64,000 nucleotides of DNA. It comes from Phallusia mammillata (taxonomy: Eukaryota). This document shows, one piece after another, positions 1 to 19,500 of the stretch. The translations under genes and the position numbers were made by a program. The DNA is taken from assembly GCA_965637545.1 (NCBI GenBank), contig OZ281495.1:22630001-22694000 (forward strand). The letters run 5' to 3'. The notes under the pieces are model-generated. The model was not told the origin of the DNA. It searched no databases and saw only the letters and a list, made by a program, of their open reading frames with translations. Each line of letters begins with the position of its first letter. Within the stretch, counting starts at the first letter, position 1.

Positions 1-331
1 TGGGCCAGGCAACTCGGCGACAGAAATATTGTAAGTACATCAAAACCGCCCAATGAAGATAAATATGTAACAAACAAGCTAACAAGTGTCACTTGGGTAA
101 TGACGTATTGTAGGAGTGGATTGAAATCCAAATATTGCTGATTAGTCAAATGTTTGGATGCACTCACACCACATAAAGCACAGATAATGTTTAAAACTGA
201 AAGGCTACTACAAAATTTCCTCATTTTAAATTAACAAACCAAAACATTTCGTTATAAAACTGACTAGACTCCATCATCTTGGTAAAGCACTTGATTGTCT
301 TGTAATATTGTTCCTCAACATCATGCAGCAG

Positions 332-7507
<7,176 letters not shown>

Positions 7508-7637
7508 ACATCGTCCATCGTCGGAATTTCACGTTGTAGAATTTTATCTAACACACCGATTTTCATGTTTACATGCATATTATAAAAACACGGTTTGGAC
7601 TTTTTGTTAGTGAAGGACATTGTAACCAAAGCATAAC

Positions 7638-7643
7638 AATAAA
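7638..7643 (+). terminator. Poly(A) signal of protease paralogue 1
   Basis: AATAAA 130 nt after the stop codon. Confidence 0.55.
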
Positions 7644-8601
7644 AGTCACATGATTAGATTGTAGTAGAAATTTATTTGGGGCATTAGACACAAACTTAAA
7701 AAGCAACTTGGTCCAAAAAAAGTTAAAATATCAAATTCTGCTGCTCTTGACCAAAAAAAAACAAGTTATCACTTTAATGCAATTGACACAAAAATTTAGC
7801 CTTCAGGTAAAAAACGATGTTTTGTTCGGGTCTGCAAACTGCAAAAATATTGATTGACACTAAGTGGTAGGTAGTTTGCAATCAATCAAACTTTATTGCA
7901 TTAGTTGTCGCCCAAAACAAGATCACTCGAACAAATGTAAGAAATTGTGGGTATGGACGTAATTTGCACTAATGACATGGTTGAAAGTGGAATGTGTTGT
8001 ATCTTTTCGTATAAGGGTGTCACGTAATAGAAACAAGACAAGAGTTTGCGTTTTGGTACAACTGAAAAACGTTATCACGAATTTGATAAAAAAGCAAACT
8101 TAAATTCAAATTTTGTTCGATGAAAGAAAATAAAATTGTTGCCTATATACTTCATTTCCCTTATTGTTATGAAATCCGTGACAAATTGAAATCGGATTTT
8201 TAATATTAACTGACACTTACTAAAGATTCCCACATCATATATTTCCTGTTCATGATTTACCGATTAAATTTCTTATCACGTCTCAGTAATCATGGAAAAT
8301 GACAAATTTCAGCAAAACGAAGTCGTATTGCGGGGATTCTGAAAAACGTGACCTCCTAACGGGCTCATCGGATATGTTCAAAATCTGCTTGGCTAAAAAA
8401 ATGTTAATGTTAAAAATAAACCTTTGTTTGTTATTAGATGTGTTAAAATAACTGAGGAGGCTTTATACCAGTGGTTTAATATTATGTTCTGTGCCCCTCT
8501 ACGGCTTCTTCATTTCCCAACGCCATCTTGACTTCATAACGCCATAGTAGAAATAAAACACGTTAACGGCTTAGTTTAGGCCTACACCGCTTCTGTTAGA
8601 C

Positions 8602-9105
8602 CAGGGGTCCCCAAACTTTTTTCATGGCGGGCCGGATAAGTTTAGTAATGATTCGCGCGGGCCGCACAGTTTACGTGACCTAGCGCCGTCTTTCCAAACT
8701 TAGCCCACGAGACGACTTTTGGAAGGGCGCTAAGATTTAGTCTTTATACAATCCCATTTATACCTGGTGAACCGACTGTTAAATTGTGTACAGTAAGTCT
8801 CATCTTACGAGCAATGCTTGTATATTACGTCACAAGTAACAAAAGAAGACAATTGTTTGCGTACAATTAATACTTGTAGTCTTGTCTGTGACGTAACAAA
8901 CTGGCTTTGGATCAACCCTGGGCGTTGTAATCCTATGAAACTAGGTAATATAAATTCTACATATCGTGACAGGAAAACTTTTGTGAGGAGTAGATTATTT
9001 TTTGAATTTTACAAAGTTATCAATGCGAAAAAAAGTGGTCGCGGGCCGGATGAAATGACCTCGCGGGCCGGATCCGGCCCGCGGGCCGTAGTTTGGTGAC
9101 CCCTG
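8602..9105. mobile_element. hAT-like MITE, family M2 (caggggtccccaaact...agtttggtgacccctg)
   Basis: Terminal inverted repeats, exact 8-bp TSD tgttagac, subterminal gcgggccg repeats; second copy at 47551. Confidence 0.9.
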
Positions 9106-9710
9106 TGTTAGACGATTGACGAGATGATGAAATTTTTTTTGCCACTGTCCTTATAGACTTATTTCACCCCATTCCCTTTTTGCAAGCGGTATAGGGGACG
9201 CTTAAGAAGCAGCACATTATAGCGGAATAAAATCGTTTTACCCACAGGGCAATTTTCCGAGTGTCCTTATGTAATACGTGTAATTGATATGGTAACCTAG
9301 ATGCAAAGAGTAAACAGGAAATGCTAGACACGCTTTCAATGTGCGATAGAACGCGGCATACACGATAAAGGGTTTAATGACGAAAAAAGTAATTTTGCGT
9401 TGTCAGTACATATTTTGCATAAAAATAAGTCAGTGAAACAGCATGTTTTTACGCATCAACAAGTTGCATAATGCAAGGCAGGACTTTTTGTGCCCAAGGC
9501 GCTTGTAAACATACGACATGATTCATTAATTGCAAAGGTTTAGCGTCACCGATCTCATGGTAACAATCGGCGTAGAAAGTCATGTATGGTCTTTAATTTG
9601 TGAAAAATAGATACATTGCAAAAGCAATTTAAACTTAAAATTGTATAAAATAAAGCAAGGATTTCTTGCAAACAGTTGTAAACTTTGCGACGTATACTTT
9701 TTAGATCAGG

Positions 9711-9743
9711 CCACCGCGAACCTAAAACCACCGCGAACCTAAA
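9711..9743 (+). repeat. Short direct duplication ccaccgcgaacctaaa x2
   Basis: Units at 9711 and 9728. Confidence 0.7.
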
Positions 9744-10562
9744 TGGTTTAACTGCAACTGACCTTTGTTTCAAATTAAAGAGGTGATTTTCTGACCGATA
9801 AGCGCTGGAATTGCCTGTGGTGTCAATAAAATTTCTTACCGATTAACCGTTTATAACATAGCCAAACGGGCACGTCTGATCTTTAAGTGCTTTGGCGTAA
9901 ATGTATAAGCACGGAAGGGCTTGTAAAGCAGTTTACTAGGAATTTGTAAAGGCTTTGGGAAGCGAAATCGTGATGGTGGAAATTGACGCAAGCAAATTTC
10001 GTCCTTGACATATTCGTGTTGGAATTCTGTATTACTGGGTATTGTAAACACGATTACAATTAAAAGTTTCCCACTAAATTAGAAATTTTGAGAAAAAGTC
10101 TGAAATCGCCAAAAATGCGATTCAACGCAATGAAGAACTGCTAAATTTGAAATATTTTTTCTAGTCGGTTGCAAGATCGCACGAGAACGTGTTTTTGTCA
10201 TGACGTTGCAGTGCGTCATATATCGTAGAAAATATTTGGAACGAAAATTTCCCTGCAGCTCGAGGTTAAATACGTGACATCCCGAGGCGTTCTGTCGGCG
10301 ATTGTTGATGCCGCGAAAGGCGACTGTCGATATGAATTTGACTTCAGCGAAAAAGTAATTTTAGGCCAAGAAAAAATCCGGCTAGTCGGCGACATCTCGC
10401 AGAGATTTGCTATTCGCAAAATTACGCTACACCTCTCACGTCACATAGGCCCCGCAGCAGCAAAACGACTGTAGAGGCAGAAGAGTAAGGGGCAGTGACT
10501 GTACGCTGTTAAAACTTAGGTACAATTTGCTGTGTTTGAAATTCACAGGATTAAGCCTTAAT

Positions 10563-13500
10563 ATGAGTATATCAACATCGGCGGTGCTGGGTATTTTGTT
10601 ATTTTGCATGAGTGATATCACAGTAAACGCACAAGGTAAGAGTTGAACATATTGAAGTGATTTAGTCGTAAACTTACTATCTAAATTAATGTTAAAACTT
10701 TTGCTGTAAAGTATCCCCAAACCCTAACACAAGTTAAATACATCTGTTGGAGTAATGTTTGCCTAGTACGCACACATTTATTAATACTAAACGGTTGGTC
10801 GCGGTAAAATATGAACAAATGACAAAAAGGAAACATAGTGACATAAAAACCTTGTAACATATGCATTTTAAACAGTGTGAACATTTAATGGCAGCGTGTT
10901 TAGGTGTTTTTGGCTTGATGCGTAATAATATTTTTGTTCTATGTACGAGATTTGGTAAAAATGTGATGCATGCTTTAAGAAATTGTGATAAAAAGCGTTA
11001 TACCTACTATAGTTTAAGTGCTAACTATTCATGGTTTGGTAAACCTGTTGCTGTTTTAAATTAGGTACCTGCCAGGATACCAATGCATTTTGTTATCTTT
11101 ACAAAACTTACGGACTCTGCGAAACGTACAAAGCTGCAATGACTCTAACATGTCCTGTAACCTGTGACTTATGCCCAGCACAAGGTAAGAACAAACCGAA
11201 ACTCAAAGACTCAAACACCCGTTTTGAACATTTAAAACTTTTTTTCATTTTGAATAAAAATCTTCAAAGTGTATATGACACAATCCTGCACATATAAAAG
11301 AACTCTATGATCAGAAAGTTTAGTACAAAATATGGGCAAACCCCAGGTAAAACAACAAGAATTTTAATAAAGCGACTATCAACGTAGTCTAGTATTATAT
11401 CAAGTTTGATATCATGGTGTCGTTGGTAGATCATTTCAAAAGTATAAGTCCAGTGAAAGGCTTATTTACCTTACTATGATTTGTATACAAAGCTGTAAAT
11501 TGGTCCGAGTGGGGGGATTGGGAAGATTGTCCAGCTGCTTGTGGAACAACTGGTACACAACTGAGAAGAAGAACTTGTCAGAATGGAAACACCTGCACTG
11601 GTTCCGCAACCGAAAGTAGATCTTGTGCCGGTCCCACCTGTCCACCAGGTAAGGCTTAACAAAACCATTCTAAACAACGGTTACTAAACGCAAAATGGAC
11701 CGAAATGTAAATCTTGTCGGAAGCAATGTAGCGTTTTATTGTTTTAATGACAATCAATAATTTTTCTTTGTGTTGCGTTGTGGTTGTTTAATGAGCACAA
11801 AGGTTAATTTTCTACAACAACTTTCCAGAAGGAAGACGCAGAGACAAAATTTATTTATTTTTGCCAAGCAATTTTACTTAATTGTTAAGAAATCGTCCAA
11901 AAGCTACATATATATGAAATAATGCATTTTAATTGGCGTGGGTTCAAAATATTTCGTCAATTTGTTAGCATTTTAAACTCAAAACATTCCAAAATTGGCA
12001 AATATAACATAAAAAGGTACTACCACCAAATTAAACTTTTTAACACTTATTTGCAAAGCTGTAAATTGGTCCGAATGGGGCGATTGGGAAGGTTGCCAAA
12101 AATGTGAAAAAAGATAACTTACGACTTCTTTATTCATGTTTTTATAAAGTTGTAGAATGGTCTGAATGGGGAGATTGGGGAGATTGCCAAGCTTCTTGTG
12201 GAACAACTGGTACGCAAGAGAGAACAAGAACTTGTCAGAATGGAAATACTTGCTCTGGTTCCAATACTGACACCCAATCTTGTGCCGGGCCAGCATGCGC
12301 CCCAGGTATGATATTAGACTTACCGCACGTAAAAACAATAGGTCTTCCAAGTGCGGACCAGTCTTAAATGTTACAGTGCAAAGCAGTTGCAAGTAGCAAT
12401 ACAAGTTTATAGCAGCGAAACCGTTGTCTACGGTTGCACATACGTTGTACCTTGTTTTAATACATTCCACCTATTAGCACTAAACGCATTGCCAATACAG
12501 AATGGTCAGAATGGGGAAACTGGGGAGCCTGTAATGCTGCATGTGGAACGACCGGAAACCGAAAAAGGACTCGGACCTGTCTTAACGGAAACACTTGCTC
12601 AGGTTTTAATACAATGAGGAAATCTTGCGTTGGGCCCACGTGTTCACCAGGTAACAAAAACCACAGCAAGCAAAGCACAATACATGCTTTAACTATACCC
12701 AAATTTAAAACAACTAGTGTAAATGTTACTTGTAATTGTTTTAAATACAAAAAAAGGTTTGTAGTAATTCTCAGAAAAGAAACATAAGTATACTGCCTCG
12801 GGGTTATCAGGTGATTTAAAGCAGTTAAGGACATTGGATCGAGTTGTCATTTCGTTATCCAATTGCAACTACTGGCACTTGTGAAAAACAGACCACAAGT
12901 CCTGTAATTAAAAAGCAAAAGAACGGTTACTGGTTTATTTATTTCGACCTTTTTTGTGATTTATCAAGTTGTTTCATGGTCCGAATGGAGCAACTGGGGA
13001 AATTGCCAAGCTGCTTGTGGAACAACTGGCACCCAAGAAAGAACAAGAACTTGTCAGAATGGAAATACCTGTCCCGGCAGTAATAGAGGAAGTCGATCTT
13101 GCAATGGGCCGACCTGTCCACCAGGTAACACTAGTAATGCTATGTGAAAAAGCGAACGTTTCCTTTTACCCGAGCCGCGACGTCGTAGAGGTTTTAAAAT
13201 AAAAAAGTGCCAATACTGACTGGTGTGTAAACGTTTGATGCAACTGTATTGCATAGTTCTTACATTTTATACTGCATATGCCTAAAACCGTGCCAACAAG
13301 GGACTTATACAATGTCCCCATTGGTTGTAGTTGTTGCATGGAGCACGTGGGGAAGTTGGAGCACTTGCAACGCCGCGTGTGATGCTACTGGCACACAAGA
13401 AAGAACGAGACAATGTCAGAATGGAAACAGCTGTCCTGGTTCAAACAGTGAGAGTCAATCCTGCACTGGGCCGACCTGTCCTCCTGGTAAGTAAAAGTAC

Positions 13501-16500
13501 AAACGAAACATAAACGTAATTCCACCAAGTTTTGCTAGAAACAATTAAAAAAGAAATGTGACAAGACCTAACAAACAGCTAAAAAGTTTGACAAAAGATG
13601 CCAATAAAAATGCCGTTTATTTTCAAGTTTTAATTTTTTTTGGTTTCTGGAAGTTACTTCACTTTATCTTTGTTACTGCGTATATTTACTGCTACATCAA
13701 ACATATTTGTTTTCTTGCAGGTCAGGTGTGGGATGCGTGGAGCGACTGCAGCCAGTCTTGTGGCATCGGGTATCAGACGAGAACCCGTTCTTGTGCAGTG
13801 GGATGTACGGAATACGGCGGGCAGCAATGTCCTCAAGTTGCAGACTGCACGTACGCACGTTAATCAGTAGTTTTAATATTTTACTTGTCCTAATCTGTTG
13901 GATCTTTAGGTGCACTGAGGACCTTTGCGGCAGTTCAGGGTCTTGTTTTGACGTATTGAATGTGTGTGGACAAATTAAGGCCAATGGTGTTTGTACTCTG
14001 CCGGGTTACGTGGCATACCTCACGGCAAATTGTGCAAAAAGCTGCGGTTACTGTACCGACTGCGTTTGTGGTGAGACTTTTGTTGGTAAAATGTTTGGGT
14101 CAAATTTGTAACTATGATCAATATAGCAACTAACAACAACTGCAAAACTTCGTTAACGCTCGACCAAAGTCTGTATCGTACAGTCCAGTAGTATATCTGC
14201 TCTCACAAGTATTTCTCTCTATGCTTGATAGCTTTATAAGCTCAACGTACTCATGTCCAAAAATATTCCGGGTAAAATACATTGTTTGAACTTAACTGGT
14301 CTGGTTACATCGGATGTCCATTATAAACGTCATACAGTCTAATTGGCCTTAATGGTTGAGGATCGTGAAGTCGCGGTCATAAGATTACTAATTCATGGGT
14401 GTATATGAAAGCAACGGGTCGGAAACCAGACTTATTGTTTTTCCATTTCTCAAGTGGTGAATTTAGGGTATTTGTAATCTTTTTCTGTACTTCCAGAGGC
14501 CGCTTGGTCAGAATGGAACTCTTGGACCGCATGCAGCGAAAGTTGTGGTGTGGGCACACGATGGCGCTACAGGGATTGCAACAAAGTCGCAGGTTGCGGT
14601 GACGAATACTTTGAAATTGGTACATGCAACAATGGAGTGTGTCCAGGTAAACAGTTTAGAAATTACAATTGTTTGTTACGCCGTAATGACGTATTCTCAT
14701 ATGTTACCGAACTGTAAAATGTTGCCAGTTTGGACCGATTGGAGTGTGTGGACGTCCTGTGATTGTGCAACCATGAAGCGTTCAAGAAGTCGAGAGTGTT
14801 CCATCGCAAACGCTTGTACCGGTGAAAGTTTGATGACTGAAGACTGCGTTCCTGTTGGTTGTCCAGGTAACTATATGGCATTTTCCGTGACGAAATATGT
14901 GGCTGGATCGTGCCCAGGTTTTTATGTTACAAAATATACGTTTTAAACTGTCTTGTCTATAGTCTTGTTGTATCGCTAAACTTTTGTGGTTATGTTGTCA
15001 GTAGTTCTTTCAGTTACAAGTAAGCGTATACAGTGAAGTCTAATGTATAATCGTTATATCGTCTTACAAAATTGTTTCAATACTTTGCAGCCTGGAGCAA
15101 TTGGGGTCCTTGGGCAACCTGCGACGCGACGTGTGGTGACGGAAAACAGCTTCGAATTCGCACTTGCATTAACGGTCCTGGATGTGTTGGAAAGAAGAGA
15201 AACCGGAAAGATTGCAACTTAAAGCCATGTCCAGGTAATTATTCAATGACTTACAATCTTGTAGAATTGTTTTTGCGTACATTTGTCTAATAACTGCTTT
15301 TTCACGTCGAAATAGTCAAGATTGCTTTAACTCTGAGTTGTTTTACTTCATAAAGCATGGTCGACATGGGGACCGTTCGCAGTAAACCTTGTGGTGGTGA
15401 AATGAGGACGAGATCCAGGTTAAAACTTTGGCTTGATGAGTTTACCTTTTGCAGGTTGGTCGACTTGGGGATCCTGGGGCAGCTGTGACACAACGTGTGG
15501 CCAGGGCGAAAAAAGAAGGACGCGTACTTGTAGTAATGGACCCTGCTCTGGGGCTAGTTTGGATACCATGACTTGCACAGCAGGCGATTGTCCGTGTAAG
15601 TGGATAATGAACACAAAACAATCGTGCTCTTATCGTATAGTCATTTTAAAACGAAAGGGTATTTTAGTTGGAATTTAAGCTCCTTTGGGATTGCAAGTTT
15701 ACGACTTGTCACTTTTCAAAATAAAATATCAAAGTAAAATTCAATTTACCGACACAATACATATAACCTTTTACCTGATTAAGTAACATTTGTTTGCCAA
15801 TTATAGTTTGATATTTAATTTGTGCACAATTTACAATGTCCTCGAAAGTTTATTTGTCATCCAGCTTAAATTCAAGTCAGAATTTTGTTAATATGACGTC
15901 ATCCTGCAAAACCTAAATCTGATCATAACCTATTTAAAACCGTTAAGTAAAATAATGCAATTGTACCAAACATTTGTATAGTCACAAAAACAATTTAAGT
16001 GTCGCCCAAGGCACAAACGTAACCGTCCTGAAAAAAGCTTGGCACGTGACAAATACGTCATTGGATGCCTTCGGGCATGTACGTCACAAAACAACGTCCG
16101 GATCGACGCATGCAATTAATGCGAGACAGTACGGGGAGCTTTGCCTTAAGCGAAATTTTATGTTTTTTATTCAGTTAATATTCACAAAGCTTACAATTTT
16201 TTGGTTTTTGAATTTTGCAAATCACTCTTCGTTACTTTTGACACTTAAACTTTTAGTACAAAAAGGTGCATCTGTGTTTTTAATGTCTGTCTTTCTCACG
16301 CACAAATTAACTTATTTAACCACTGAAAGCAATCAAAAACTTATCTATCAACTTGGTAAAACACAAAATGGAAGTTTATTGTTTTAAGTCGAAAACAAGA
16401 TAACCAACTCGACTTATGTTGTTTGTAATGTGTTATGGTACGCATTTAGCGTGGACAGCATGGACACAGTGGACTGGATGCGACGAAACTTGCGGTGGTG

Positions 16501-19500
16501 GAGAACAGACCAGAACAAGGACTTGCAACAATGGACCGTGCCAAGGATCATCCAGTCAAACAAAAAGTTGTAATACACAAGTTTGTCCAGGTAAAAAATG
16601 TCATTCAAGTGAATATCATGTTGGAATTCTGCAAAATAGCACCTACAATTGGCAATCGAAAAGTTAAATGTTGTAGGAAGAGGAATACTGTATGCCGAGT
16701 TGTATGTGGACCTAAAACTGGGATCGAACCCGAAAGTAAAGCACAAAACCCAGCCCTAACCCAAGTTATGTTTTTTGTCAATATCCGGATAAGCCCAAAA
16801 GAGTGTGAAGTCAGACCCGAATCAAGCCTGTTTTGTTTAAACTCCAACCCGAGCCCTGGCTGACATACAGCTCGGAGATACAGATATAATATAATTAGAA
16901 CAAAACAAAATTGGTTTACCTTCATTGGTGGGATTCAGCCGCTTCGCACCGTTTTTATAGAACAGTCTCACGATTTTTGTTATCAGATCAGCGATCCGGT
17001 TAGCATTATACTGGTTACTATCAACGAAATTTTTGTAACAGAACCGGCTGAAAAGTATGACCTTTGCGATAGAACCGACTGACAAAAAGTTTGAATCCCA
17101 CCACTGTTTACCTTGCTCTTTGACAATTTTGTATGCTTACTTTAAACTTTAAATCAGTTACAGCCTGGTCACCATGGGGACAATGGAGTTCTTGTGACAA
17201 AAACTGCGGTGGCGGAGAGAGAAGAAGAACGAGGACTTGTCAAAATGGAAGTGTATGTCCCGGATCCATGGAGGACGTGGACGACTGCAATTCCCAAGCT
17301 TGCCCTTGTAAGTAATTTAGATGCTGAACAAGGTAGGGGAAAGTCGTGTAGTTTGGACCCTGCGTGTAATTTGGAACTCGCTTATATTTCGGAATATACG
17401 CAAGGTGGCAGAATATATTTTATAAAGTTTGAAAGAAGACTTGATATAAGGCTTACGGCCGCGAAGCTCCAAACTTGATGCCGTACTTTCTGTTTGTTAG
17501 AAACACAAAATTTGCAAATTTGATAATTTTTTAGGGATCAAACTTTTTGCGTTTCTTTACTACTGTTTAGTGTAAATCTCAGTGTGTATGATTTTTGTGT
17601 GGTACAATTTTTAATGTATTTAGCGTAATGAACAATCCACTAACACTTTCCAAAATGAAAATAAATTGGGTAAAAAAATGCGTATGAAAGTGCGTAATTT
17701 GGACTGGGCAGCTGAAAATAAAGCTTGCATTTATACACCATTCGGGAATGTTTCTGACAGTTTTTAAAGAAGTTTGACTTAAATTGCGACTAAGAAGCTT
17801 ATATCTAAATGGTATCAGTAAAGAAAATCCTTTAATTATTCTGTTTTGTGATGACAAAAACATTCATTTAAGTTAGTAGTATTGAAAGACCAAGCTCAGT
17901 GCAGGATTCACATTCATTGTGTTTTGCTTTAGCAATTATTGCTTTAAAGCAAATCAAATTAATTAATTAATTTGCCATGCTGCTGTTTTGCAGTGTTCTG
18001 CATTTTTTTTCATTTCAGCTATCTTAGTAAGTCCATTTATGGCCTTTTTATTTTCAAGAATTCTTTCATTTATATTTTTTATCCCATTTTTGATTGCATT
18101 CAATAGAATTTAAATATTTTGTGAAACATTGTGGTAATGTAATAAAATCTTGATTAGGTTGGTATCTGAGGCTGTTAACGTTCGTTTTGAGGAACTTATG
18201 GAAAAGAAATCGCACGGATTTTAAGTGGTCTATTTTACACACGACTTTGGTCTAAATTACATACTAAGCGTGTAAAATGGACCACTTCGCGAAAAAAAAT
18301 TCAATGCCTTTTACTCTTTTTACGTTAATATCCAAAGTCCAAACATTGCCTTTTTGCAAATAAATGCTTAGCGTCATAACTTAACGAATCGCATAAACTA
18401 CCTTTAATTTGAAGGACTACTTTTTATTTTATGAAGGTTCAAACTTAAGTGGTCCAAATTACACGACTTTCCCAAATAATTTTGTATTACCAATTTTGTG
18501 TGATGCTTAAATTTCTTCTCTCTGTTTTTTTGTTCATATTAATCTCTCTTATTGTGTAAGGCATTTAAAAAAAATTGAGGCAGCTGCTGGATTTAAATTT
18601 GAGTCATGGATTGAAATTTGTCTTTAATAAATCACAACGTGGTTCGACGCTTATTTAGTGACTAACTCTATTTTTTTTCGCCAAACGAATTTATCGTTGC
18701 AAAAAATGCCGGAGCAAACGTAATTTTATGTATTTCTTAAAAACGAATTGACGTTGTACAATGATGTGAAACTTGATTCCAACTCAAACCGCAAAAGATA
18801 CGTGCTCGCGTTGGGCGTATACAGCGACCTGTCTGGTAAAACCAAAAATACAAATTGAACACATTCTAGTGTTCAGAGTATTTGTTCGCAACTACAACAC
18901 TAGTTTAAACTGCCCACTGTAGAACAAAATGATTAAGCGAATAAAAAGGTGCAATGTGGGCACAGTTCTTAAACCACCAATTGAAGTTTGTTGTCCCAAT
19001 TGTCGAAAGCAAGATAACAAACTCGTCCTATATGTTGTTTGTAATGTGTTATGGTGTGCATTTAGCGTGGACAGCCTGGACACAGTGGACAAATTGCGAC
19101 CAAAGTTGCGGTGGTGGAGAACAGACCAGAACAAGGACTTGCAACAACGGACCGTGCCAAGGATCATCCAGTCAAACGAAAAGTTGTAATACACAAGTTT
19201 GTCCAGGTAATTAAAAGTATCAGAAAAATATCATTCAAGTTCATATAATGTTGAAATTCCGCAATATAACTTAGCACCTACAATTGGCAATCGAAAAGGT
19301 AAATTTTGTAGGAGGGGGGATACTGTATGCAGAGTTGTATGTGGACCTAAAATTGGGCCCGAACCCAAAAGTAAAGCACGAAACCCGGCCCTAACCCAAT
19401 TTTTATTTTTATTTATACCGGGATAAGCCCAAAAGAGTGAAGTCAGACCCCAAGCCTGTTTTGTTTAAACTCTAACCCAGGCCTTGTCTACCATACAACT

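Noticed and set aside
1-30. Possible exon end at the window start (GQATRRQKY, GTAAGT at 31)
   Set aside because: Likely part of protease paralogue 1, but too short to verify frame or domain, so it was left out of the model.
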